In this document: in pieces, positions 27,804 through 34,897 of the stretch
Layout: each line of letters begins with the position of its first letter
Numbering within the stretch: the first letter of the stretch is position 1
Source of the DNA: Acutalibacteraceae bacterium
Lineage (GTDB): Bacteria > Bacillota > Clostridia > Oscillospirales > Acutalibacteraceae
Assembly (NCBI GenBank): GCA_045660525.1
Contig: JAZRDY010000205.1
Coordinates: forward strand, 1 to 63,385
Length of the DNA: 63,385 nt
Reading direction: 5' to 3'
Notes under the pieces: generated by a model
What the model saw: only the letters and a program-made list of their open reading frames with translations
Database searches by the model: none
Told to the model about the DNA's origin: nothing
Translations under genes and position numbers: made by a program

Positions 27804-28970
27804 TTAACCTCCATTCTCTTTTAATATCATATTTTTCCCAAACTCAATTGCTTGGTTAATCTTTTCCCTGTTTTTTATATAATCAGGAAACAATGTATCT
27901 ATTATTTCATCAAAAAAACGGGTATATTCTTTTTGGGGTATTTCTTCACGTAAAATAGTTGTTAACTCTATCCTTCCGTCAAAAAAATACACCCACGTTA
28001 ACAAATATATAGTAGTTTTAGCAGAATCAGAAAAAGATTCAAATAAAACTCTATTTTCACTTGAAATAGAATCTAAAGTATATATGATGTTACTAACATC
28101 CCTAAGCAATAATGTAAAATCAACGGTAATATTTACATCTGTTGATTTGCGATTAAAATCAATAATTCTATATGTTATGTAACCGCTAACAATTTGGCAA
28201 ATAATATCTTCGCTTTTTGTTGCTTTTTTTAATCCTTTAAATATACTTTTAAAAATATCTATCTCTCGTTGTCTTGTATTTAAATTTTGGTCTGAAATAT
28301 TGTTTATGTTGAGATTATCCCAAACATGTAAAATCAAATCGAATTTGTTTTCCGTTTTATCATTTTTCAAGCTTTCTATAAATAAATCAGTGAAACATTT
28401 CAAATAGCTCCCATAATATTTAGCACCAACTTCTGGTAGATTTCCAGCCAAATTCAATACATTTATTTCCAAATCTTCAACATCTTTCATTTTTTCTTGC
28501 CAAGTTAGTTTTGCTAACTCCTCGCATTTTTTTGAACTAAGTATAATTTTATAAAAAACAATTCCCTGATACAAAAAACCTAACAATGTTGCTATCAATA
28601 ACAGAATAGAGCTTTCAGAAAGACCTGCCTTTGAAACAGCAATACAAGCTAATGTTGCAAAAAAATGAAACATTGCAAACAGCCCGTATAACGGAAATTG
28701 ACTATTCAAAATTTCCGAATAAGATATTGATAGCATTTTATTATCTATTTTTGCATATATCCAACCTATAAGTATATTAGTCAAACCAATAACCTTTATA
28801 ACTTCATATATTGAACTCGCTTGCAAAAACACAGGGCATCTCATTTTGAATTCTCCACCCAAAACGCTATGTCCTTTAAAGAATTCATAGTATAAAGATA
28901 CCACAACAAATATAGTTATAATAAAAAACAGCCAAAAAAAAGTTTTCTTCGTTTTTTCTTTATTATGCAT
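27804..28970 (-). CDS. 388-aa uncharacterised membrane protein (about 4 N-terminal TM helices plus a soluble C-terminal domain)
   Basis: A GGAGG SD lies upstream. Hydrophobic segments are FFWLFFIITIFVVVSLYY, VIKVIGLTNILIGWIYA, LYGLFAMFHFFATLACIAV and ILLLIATLLGFLYQGIVFYKIIL. The stop codon is 3 nt from the ATG of the next gene. Confidence 0.8.
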   Translation of the reverse strand: MHNKEKTKKTFFWLFFIITIFVVVSLYYEFFKGHSVLGGEFKMRCPVFLQASSIYEVIKVIGLTNILIGWIYAKIDNKMLSISYSEILNSQFPLYGLFAMFHFFATLACIAVSKAGLSESSILLLIATLLGFLYQGIVFYKIILSSKKCEELAKLTWQEKMKDVEDLEINVLNLAGNLPEVGAKYYGSYLKCFTDLFIESLKNDKTENKFDLILHVWDNLNINNISDQNLNTRQREIDIFKSIFKGLKKATKSEDIICQIVSGYITYRIIDFNRKSTDVNITVDFTLLLRDVSNIIYTLDSISSENRVLFESFSDSAKTTIYLLTWVYFFDGRIELTTILREEIPQKEYTRFFDEIIDTLFPDYIKNREKINQAIEFGKNMILKENGG

Positions 28971-29008
28971 AAATTAACCTCCGTTTTTTTATTCATCTGT
29001 GAGGGAAC

Positions 29009-29050
29009 AAAAATTGCCATTACAGTTTATATCCTGTAATGGCAATTTTT
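29009..29050. terminator. Perfect 17-bp hairpin (bidirectional terminator or insulator) upstream of the cassette
   Basis: AAAAATTGCCATTACAG, loop TTTATATC, CTGTAATGGCAATTTTT. Confidence 0.7.
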
Positions 29051-29083
29051 CTGTAAAGGCAACCTCACCAAAATAATCTATTA

Positions 29084-29278
29084 TTAGAGTTTGCCTATCT
29101 CTTTTGCACGCTTCCGATACACTGGACGAGAATAAACTTTCGTAGCTGCATAATAGGTTACAATAGGATTTGTAGTTGAAGAACGCTTGGTATCTAACTC
29201 TTTTTCTCTAATAGATTCCTCTTTTGCTTTGCTGTTAGGAACAGAGTTTCGGGAAAATCCGTAATACGACTTGTTCAA
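29084..29278 (-). CDS. 64-aa protein with a C-terminal excisionase/MerR-like HTH
   Basis: A TTG start has a GAGGTG SD 9 nt upstream. The C-terminal YYAATKVYSRPVYRKRAKEIGKL resembles HTH_17 (Xis-type) helices. This is a weak, memory-based call. Confidence 0.4.
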   Translation of the reverse strand: MNKSYYGFSRNSVPNSKAKEESIREKELDTKRSSTTNPIVTYYAATKVYSRPVYRKRAKEIGKL

Positions 29279-29674
29279 AGGTTAGTTTCACCTCTATTTG
29301 TAGACTCGCTTTACACGGCGATTATATAGCATAATACTTGAGGCCGTATGAAAAGCGGAAATAAATACAGTAGCATTATATGCTAAACATGTTTTTTTGT
29401 CAAGACCTTTTTTGTTTTGAATTATATTCATATTATAACCTGAAAATTCATCTACACTCCTAATTATAATTGCCCAAATATTAGGTATAAAGTGTACGAT
29501 TTTAATAAGCTTGTGTTGATCGTTCTCAAATCCAAATCTATTTTGAATGCCTTTACATAATATATAGTTTCTAAAATTAAAAAAAGTAACACAAAAAATT
29601 ATAAAATTGTAGAATTTGACAAAAAACAGCAAAAAAAGAGTTGGTTATTATCAAATTTAACACATCTAAATCCG

Positions 29675-29705
29675 CACCCACTTAATACGAGTGGGTGTTT
29701 TTTTA
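29675..29705 (+). terminator. Plus-strand intrinsic terminator with no recognisable upstream gene
   Basis: CACCCACT, loop TAATACG, AGTGGGTG, then a T8 run. Confidence 0.6.
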
Positions 29706-29749
29706 TATTATCAGACGTTTGTGAACATTTGATGAATATTTTAATCGAA

Positions 29750-30130
29750 TGGTGTGCATTTGCCCTTTCCTAGTGGGAATAGGTGAAAGGTATTTTTTAA
29801 TCCTTTCGTATGGAGAAAAAGTCTCCAAATGCACCTTGAAAATTAAAGATACATTTCATCAGATACATTACTTGTGTCGGCTTGATGGCCGAGCTGTGCT
29901 TGTAGGTGCGCCATAACCTTTCATATGAAAACGAGCGAAAAAAACTATACAACGAAAGCCGAGTTGCTCTCGGTGGTGGCGATAACAGACACAAGGGATA
30001 ATGATACTTCCGTAAGCGGCTGGCGGAATACCCGGCAGAGGTGAGATTCCTATGGATTCGGCTAGCAACCGAACGTCTGATGATTTCCCATGGTAAGAAT
30101 TGCCGATACAGGGGGGTGTTGAGAACAAAT
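29750..30130 (+). other. ORF-free, GC-enriched, hairpin-rich region (candidate structured RNA or leading-region element)
   Basis: No ORF here has an SD. Local helices include GGTGtGCATTT/AAATGCACC, CCTTTC/GAAAGG, GGAGA/TCTCC, CCGAG/CTCGG and TTCCG/CGGAA. A GTGCGCC string lies at 29906. Confidence 0.35.
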
Positions 30131-30263
30131 ACTGTATTATTAAATTCAAAAAGGTTTAAATCAAAATATGCGAACAAGGAGGTAAAAACAATGTTCAAAA
30201 AAATCACAGGACTTTAGGTAAAGTGAAGTCACCCTCAAAAAATAATACAAGGAGGAAAAACTA

Positions 30264-30353
30264 ATGATTCACGGTTTGCTTGTCTTGCCCGGTCTTTACA
30301 CAGCAGCATTTCTCCATATCATTGCGGCGATTGCAAATTTCATCGGAGGCTAA
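30264..30353 (+). CDS. 29-aa hydrophobic peptide coupled to the ParB-like gene
   Basis: AAGGAGG lies 7 nt upstream of the ATG. The product is MIHGLLVLPGLYTAAFLHIIAAIANFIGG. Its last codons contain the GGAGG SD of the gene starting at 30357. Confidence 0.5.
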   Translation: MIHGLLVLPGLYTAAFLHIIAAIANFIGG

Positions 30354-30356
30354 TGT

Positions 30357-31232
30357 ATGGCAGAGAATGAAATGCTTACTGATGTGCCATTAACACAAAT
30401 CCGTGATTTTCTTCATCATCCCTATCTCGTTAAAGACGATGAAAGTATGGATGAGCTTGTTGAAAGCATCAAGGAAAGAGGCTTGATACAGCCGGTCATC
30501 ATAAGACCTGTTGAAAACGGAATGTTTGAAATGGTGTCAGGGCACAGACGAAAAAGAGCTTTTGAAATTGCTGGGTATGAGAAAATACCCGCAAGAGTAA
30601 AAGAAATGTCAAGAGATGAGGCGATATTATCAATGGTGGACAGTAATCTTCAAAGAGAAACGGTTTTACCCTCGGAAAAAGCAAGAGCGTACAAAATGCG
30701 ACTTGATGCTTTAAGACGCCAAGCAGGAAGACCAACAAAGAATAATTCGGACCCGACGGGACCGAATTTAACAGGCACACGCTCAAATACTGAATTGGCT
30801 GCTGAGGTAAAAGAAAGTGAAACACAGATTAAAAGATATATCCGCTTGAATTATCTTGTACCCGAAATGCTTGACCTTGTTGACGAAGGTAAAGTAGCAA
30901 TGCGACCTGCGGTTGAAATTTCATACTTACCCGAAGAAATACAATATGACCTTTTGGAAGCTATGGAGTACAACGAAGTTACCCCGTCTCACGACCAAAC
31001 CATCCGTATGCGAAAGGCATATCAGGAAGGTAATCTCACAACAGAGGTTGTAGAGGAAATTATGGAAGAGCCTAAACCAAATCAAAAAGAAAAATCACCT
31101 TTCAGAGATAAGCGCATTGAAAGTGCTATCCCGAAAGGTGTACCCAAAGATAAATACTGTGATTTTGTTATCAAGGCTATTGAATTCTATAACCGATATT
31201 TAGAAAGAGTAAAAGAAAACCGTTCAAGGTAA
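30357..31232 (+). CDS. ParB N-terminal domain (ParB/Srx-like) protein of the conjugative element
   Basis: The pattern LIQPVIIRP...VSGHRRKRAFEIAG is a ParB-box. Confidence 0.8.
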   Translation: MAENEMLTDVPLTQIRDFLHHPYLVKDDESMDELVESIKERGLIQPVIIRPVENGMFEMVSGHRRKRAFEIAGYEKIPARVKEMSRDEAILSMVDSNLQRETVLPSEKARAYKMRLDALRRQAGRPTKNNSDPTGPNLTGTRSNTELAAEVKESETQIKRYIRLNYLVPEMLDLVDEGKVAMRPAVEISYLPEEIQYDLLEAMEYNEVTPSHDQTIRMRKAYQEGNLTTEVVEEIMEEPKPNQKEKSPFRDKRIESAIPKGVPKDKYCDFVIKAIEFYNRYLERVKENRSR

Positions 31233-31278
31233 TCTTTTGCTCTTATTTTTATTTCAAAAAAGAAAGGATAATTTTTTT

Positions 31279-31560
31279 ATGAACATCAAAGTAGAAATCA
31301 AGAAAATCTTTAAAGGCGAAAGACCTGTAAAGGCTTTTGCCGATGTTGTGATTGACGGCAGTATGGTCATTCACGGTGTCGCAGTTATCGAAAAGGACGG
31401 CAATAAGCTCGTTTCCATGCCCTACAAGAAATGGAAGACCAGCGAAGGTGAGCTTCGCCGCAGTGACATTGCCCATCCCATCACAACAGAAACCCGTAAA
31501 CAGATTTCCGATGCGGTACTTGCCGCTTATGAAATCGCAACAGATGAAAAATTCAATTAA
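31279..31560 (+). CDS. SpoVG family protein (element-borne paralogue)
   Basis: MNIKVEIKKIFKGERPVKAFADVVIDGSMVIHGVAVIEK...SMPYKKW...DIAHPITTETR matches the SpoVG pattern. I prefer the ATG at 31279. Confidence 0.7.
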   Translation: MNIKVEIKKIFKGERPVKAFADVVIDGSMVIHGVAVIEKDGNKLVSMPYKKWKTSEGELRRSDIAHPITTETRKQISDAVLAAYEIATDEKFN

Positions 31561-31580
31561 ATCTCAGGAGGTATTTATTT

Positions 31581-31847
31581 ATGTTTAAGAAAATCAAGTC
31601 ATTTTTTAAAGGTGTTTCATCAAAGGCAAAGTCAGCCGCAAAGAGTACAGAGGCTGTCATCAAGGCAAAGGTCATCAAGCTCCTCGTCGGCATCCGTGCC
31701 GAGGCTTATGTCGATACAGGTGTAAAAATCCTTATCGCAGTTGTTGTCGGTGCTCTTCTTCTCGGCGGTCTTTACGCTCTGTTCAACACAACGATTATGC
31801 CCACAGTTACACAGAAGATTCAGGAACTGTTTAACTACGCAGGCTAA
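31581..31847 (+). CDS. Small membrane protein, possibly pilin-like
   Basis: 88 aa with a Lys-rich N-terminus and one TM segment (ILIAVVVGALLLGGLYALF). An AGGAGG SD lies upstream, and the gene sits upstream of a prepilin peptidase. Confidence 0.5.
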   Translation: MFKKIKSFFKGVSSKAKSAAKSTEAVIKAKVIKLLVGIRAEAYVDTGVKILIAVVVGALLLGGLYALFNTTIMPTVTQKIQELFNYAG

Positions 31848-31922
31848 CGGTACTTTAAAATTTCAGGCGGAGTAGTTTAAAAGTGGCTGCTCCGCCACTT
31901 TTTTTCAAAGGAATGAAAAACA

Positions 31923-32610
31923 ATGATAAAAACAAGCTTAATTAACCCTATGTATCCTATTCTCCCTTTAGGGAATGTACCAGGTGTTGCTTACTCGGAT
32001 AAAGAAACTTTGTTTAACTTTATTGCTTCTCTTGCATATCTGACACTTATCCATCTGGTGTTGAGATTAGCTGTTAAGAAGGTACCCGAATACAAAAAGG
32101 AAAACAAGAAGGAAATGATAGTATGCCACATCATTACGGCAGGAGTATCTCTTGCTATGCTCCTTATGTTCGGTCTGTCGGATATGCTTATAAAAGGAAC
32201 TGTGTTCTACCTTATTCTTCTTTACTCATCACTTTCAGACAACCACACAAGAACATTGAATGATGCCGCTTCGATTATGGTGGTAATTACTTCGTTTATA
32301 GGTGCAGATGTATCAGATGTTCCCAAAATGGCCTTATCTGCCCTTGTTCTCTTTGGAGTATTTACTCATATTCGCCGTTGCAACAAACGGCGGTTTAGGC
32401 GGTGCTGATATTAAATTAACGGGTGCGTGTGCATTAGTTTTAGGCTTATGGAGCGCAACCTTCGGACTCATAGTTGGTCTGTGTCTTGCTATTGCTCATA
32501 CCCTCATTAAGTACAGAGGTAAAGATAAAAACGACGACCTTGCATTTCCTTTTGTTCCCTATCTTTCAATAGGATATATGGCAGGATTTTTCTTACAAGG
32601 AGGTTTTTAA
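31923..32610 (+). pseudogene. A24 family prepilin peptidase, frameshifted
   Basis: Two overlapping frames (31923-32408 and 32302-32610) together make one peptidase. The first Asp region (SLSDNHTRTLND) is in frame A and the GGADIKL motif is in frame B. The frame switch lies near 32340-32375. Confidence 0.65.
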
Positions 32611-32611
32611 A

Positions 32612-33295
32612 ATGAAAATGAAAAACAGAACCTTAATCGGTATTGTCTGTATCGTTTTGGCTGTTGCGGTGACATTCCTTGTTTCACCTCTTGTCAACAG
32701 AATATCCGAACAGAAAACCGATGTAATCCGCTTCACAAAGGATATTTCACACGGCAGTAAGATTGCTGAAACGGATATTGAAATTGTGAAGCTCTCAAAA
32801 AACAGCGTTCCCGAAAAGGCACTCAAAACAAAGGATGCCGTAGTAGGTAAATATGCAAAGGCTGATTTGTTCAAAGGTGACCTTGCAACAGAAATAAAGA
32901 TTACAGATGATGAAAACTCCGTAGCAAATGTTTTCAGCTCTCTTAACGGAGATAAGGTTGCTATGAGTGTAACCATCAATACCTTTGCGGGCGGTCTTTC
33001 GGGTAAGCTCGAAAACGGTGACATTGTAAGTGTTTATGTAACCGATAAGGAAGGCGAAACGAAGGTCCCGTCAGAGCTTAAATATGTTAAGGTAATCACC
33101 ACTACAACATCAGGCGGTGTTGATGAAACTGAGGTTGTGGAAAATGAGGACGGCAGTTTTGAGCTTCCCTCAACGATTACACTTCTTGTCTCCTCAAAGC
33201 AGGCTATGACCGCTGAGCTTATCTTTAACATGATTGTCCTTGTCGGCACAGTCAAAATGGCTGACCGTGTTGTTAAGGAAATGATGGGACTTTAA
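32612..33295 (+). CDS. CpaB/SAF-domain Flp-pilus-assembly-like protein
   Basis: An N-terminal TM segment is followed by an SAF-like region (VIRFTKDISHGSKIAETDIEIVKL). An AGGAGG SD lies upstream. Confidence 0.6.
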   Translation: MKMKNRTLIGIVCIVLAVAVTFLVSPLVNRISEQKTDVIRFTKDISHGSKIAETDIEIVKLSKNSVPEKALKTKDAVVGKYAKADLFKGDLATEIKITDDENSVANVFSSLNGDKVAMSVTINTFAGGLSGKLENGDIVSVYVTDKEGETKVPSELKYVKVITTTTSGGVDETEVVENEDGSFELPSTITLLVSSKQAMTAELIFNMIVLVGTVKMADRVVKEMMGL

Positions 33296-33316
33296 TGACA
33301 AAGGAGCTGATGCTAT

Positions 33317-33694
33317 TTGGAAGTAAAGATAAACCGTGAAATCGGTGACTATACCGAAAGTGTCTACTTCGGTCTGTCACTTCGTCAATTTATCTTTTCC
33401 ATTCTTGCCTGCGGTGTAGCCGTAGGCTTGTACTTTTTACTCAAACCTTTATTCGGTATAGAAACCTTGAGCTGGGTGTGCATCTTGGGTGCGGCACCCT
33501 TTGCGGCAATAGGCTTTTTCAGTTGGCACGGTATGACAGCAGAAAAGGCTTTCTTTGCTTACCTTCGCTCTGAAATCCTTATGCCGAATGAACTTAAATT
33601 CAAATCAATTAATCTTTATGACGAAATAGAAAGGAGTGATAAGGATGTTCGACTTACTCGGAAAGCTGAAAAGCCTCGTAGGAATAAGCGATAA
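33317..33694 (+). CDS. PrgI/TcpE-like conjugative membrane protein
   Basis: MEVKINREIGDYTESVYFGLSLRQFIFSILACGVAVGLYF is typical of the PrgI family N-terminus. A TTG start has an AAGGAG SD. Confidence 0.6.
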   Translation: MEVKINREIGDYTESVYFGLSLRQFIFSILACGVAVGLYFLLKPLFGIETLSWVCILGAAPFAAIGFFSWHGMTAEKAFFAYLRSEILMPNELKFKSINLYDEIERSDKDVRLTRKAEKPRRNKR

Positions 33695-33911
33695 TTTCGG
33701 TGACGGTATGGCTGTTCCTAAGTCTGTGCAGGATGCAATAGATATAAGAGCAGTTTATCCCGATGGCATTTTTCTTGTCGGTAAAGACAGATATTCAAAG
33801 GTCTTTAAGTTTACCGATATTAACTATGCCGTAGCAAGTAAAGAGGATAAGGAAACAGACTTTTTTAAGTACAGTGATATTCTTAGCACTAATGTTGAAG
33901 AAAAGATATAA
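33645..33911 (+). pseudogene. N-terminal stub (about 80 codons) of a VirB4-like conjugal ATPase
   Basis: KSVQDAIDIRAVYPDGIFLVGKDRYSKVFKFTDINYAVASKEDKE resembles the N-termini of CD1110-type VirB4 ATPases (recalled from memory). The reading frame ends at 33911, where about 700 more codons would be expected. Confidence 0.5.
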
Positions 33912-34398
33912 CGATATTCAAGAACTTATAGACCTTTTTGGGGAAGAATATTATGACTATAATTTGGTGTTTTGTTCGCCCAACGGAAGACCAATGGAAA
34001 GTCAAGTTATAACAAGAGCTTTACAAAAACTTATCAAAGAAAACAATTTACCAAACATCGTTTTTCATAGTCTAAGACATTCAAGCGTCACATATAAGTT
34101 GAAGTTGAACAGTGGTGATATAAAAGCTGTCCAAGGTGATTCAGGACACTCACAAGTTAAAATGATAACGGATATTTATTCTCATATACTCGATGAAGAT
34201 AGAAAGTACAATGCAATCAAATTTGAAAATGCTTTTTATTCTAATCAATCAAACTCTTGCTCGGGAAAAAAGTCAAATGAGGAGAATTCATTATCTTCAA
34301 ATAACTCAACTGAAAATGATGTCGAAGTTCTTTTAGAGTTGATTCAAAACCCAGAAATGAAAGACTTAATAAAAATGTTAGCAAGTTCATTAAAATAA
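33835..34398 (+). pseudogene. C-terminal catalytic fragment of a tyrosine recombinase/integrase
   Basis: FHSLRHSSVTY (the R-H-x-x-R box region) and GHSQVKMITDIYSHI (the H...Y catalytic tail) are present. The frame opens only at 33835. The N-terminal SAM-like/arm-binding part is missing. Confidence 0.75.
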
Positions 34399-34399
34399 G

Positions 34400-34436
34400 A
34401 AGTGGCTGTTTCACGAAAGTGCAACAGCCACTTTTA
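34400..34436 (+). terminator. Intrinsic terminator after the integrase remnant
   Basis: AAGTGGCTGTT pairs with AACAGCCACTT, followed by Ts. Confidence 0.65.
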
Positions 34437-34496
34437 ACTAAAGCAATAATCATAAAATGTTTAAAAAACAACTTAAAAAACTTGATTTTACTATAA

Positions 34497-34567
34497 TGTT
34501 TGCAGTTTGTTTGCAAACGCCCAAAATGCACTCTATTTTCTGCTTTTTTTGCTAACATTTGTTTGCA
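34497..34567 (+). repeat. Three direct copies of TGTTTGCA (putative arm-type sites, right arm)
   Basis: Copies lie at 34497-34504, 34508-34515 and 34560-34567, in the same orientation as the two copies at the left end. Confidence 0.6.
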
Positions 34568-34695
34568 TTACCAAACACTTTTTTACGGAACACCAATCTA
34601 ATAAATTATTAAAACTCTATGTGTGTTGACGCAATGGAAACAAAAAACAAAAGTGCTAAAAAACCGTTGTATTAAAGGCTTTCAAGCACTTAGGT

Positions 34696-34770
34696 TGGCA
34701 CCCTCTACCGGAATCGAACCGATATCTAAGTCTTAGGAGGACCTTATTCTATCCGTTGAACTAAGAGGGC
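34696..34770 (-). tRNA. tRNA-Arg (anticodon CCU), element-borne
   Basis: A manual cloverleaf fits: GCCCTCT-TA-GTTC-AACGGATA-GAAT-A-AGGTC-CTCCTAA-GACTT-AGAT-ATCGG-TTCGATT-CCGGT-AGAGGGT-G-CCA. It contains several G-U pairs. Confidence 0.8.
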
Positions 34771-34834
34771 ATATTAAATTATTAAGCACATAAATCAAAC
34801 ACTTTTTGCAAAAAGGTGTTTTGTTTAACTAACC

Positions 34835-34874
34835 CTTAGGAGGCGAACGCTCTATCCGGCTGAGCTACAAGCGC
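34835..34874 (-). pseudogene. 5' half of the split chromosomal tRNA-Arg(CCU)
   Basis: The reverse complement reads GCGCTTG-TA-GCTC-AGCCGGATA-GAGC-G-TTCGC-CTCCTAA-G and then diverges into island sequence. Confidence 0.85.
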
Positions 34875-34897
34875 ATATTATTTTACTTAAGGTCTAT

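Larger units (their letters stand above)
25199..34842. mobile_element. 9.6-kb decayed integrative (ICE-derived) island inserted in the anticodon loop of tRNA-Arg(CCU)
   Basis: The 8-bp direct repeat CTTAGGAG lies at 25191-25198 and 34835-34842. Conjugation-module genes, a tyrosine integrase remnant, arm-type repeats and an element-borne tRNA lie inside. Composition differs from the flanks. Confidence 0.85.

Noticed and set aside
29294-29632. A 112-aa minus-strand ORF in the AT-rich stretch between the HTH gene and the structured region.
   Set aside because: It has a non-ATG start, no convincing SD, and Phe/Ile/Asn-rich low-complexity sequence that simply follows the AT richness. I could not support it as a gene.
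29797-30207. Minus-strand ORFs 29797-30207 and 29868-30149 in the island.
   Set aside because: They have no SD and overlap each other in different frames. Their composition (Arg/Ser/Pro-rich) is unlike neighbouring genes. The region looks structural rather than coding.
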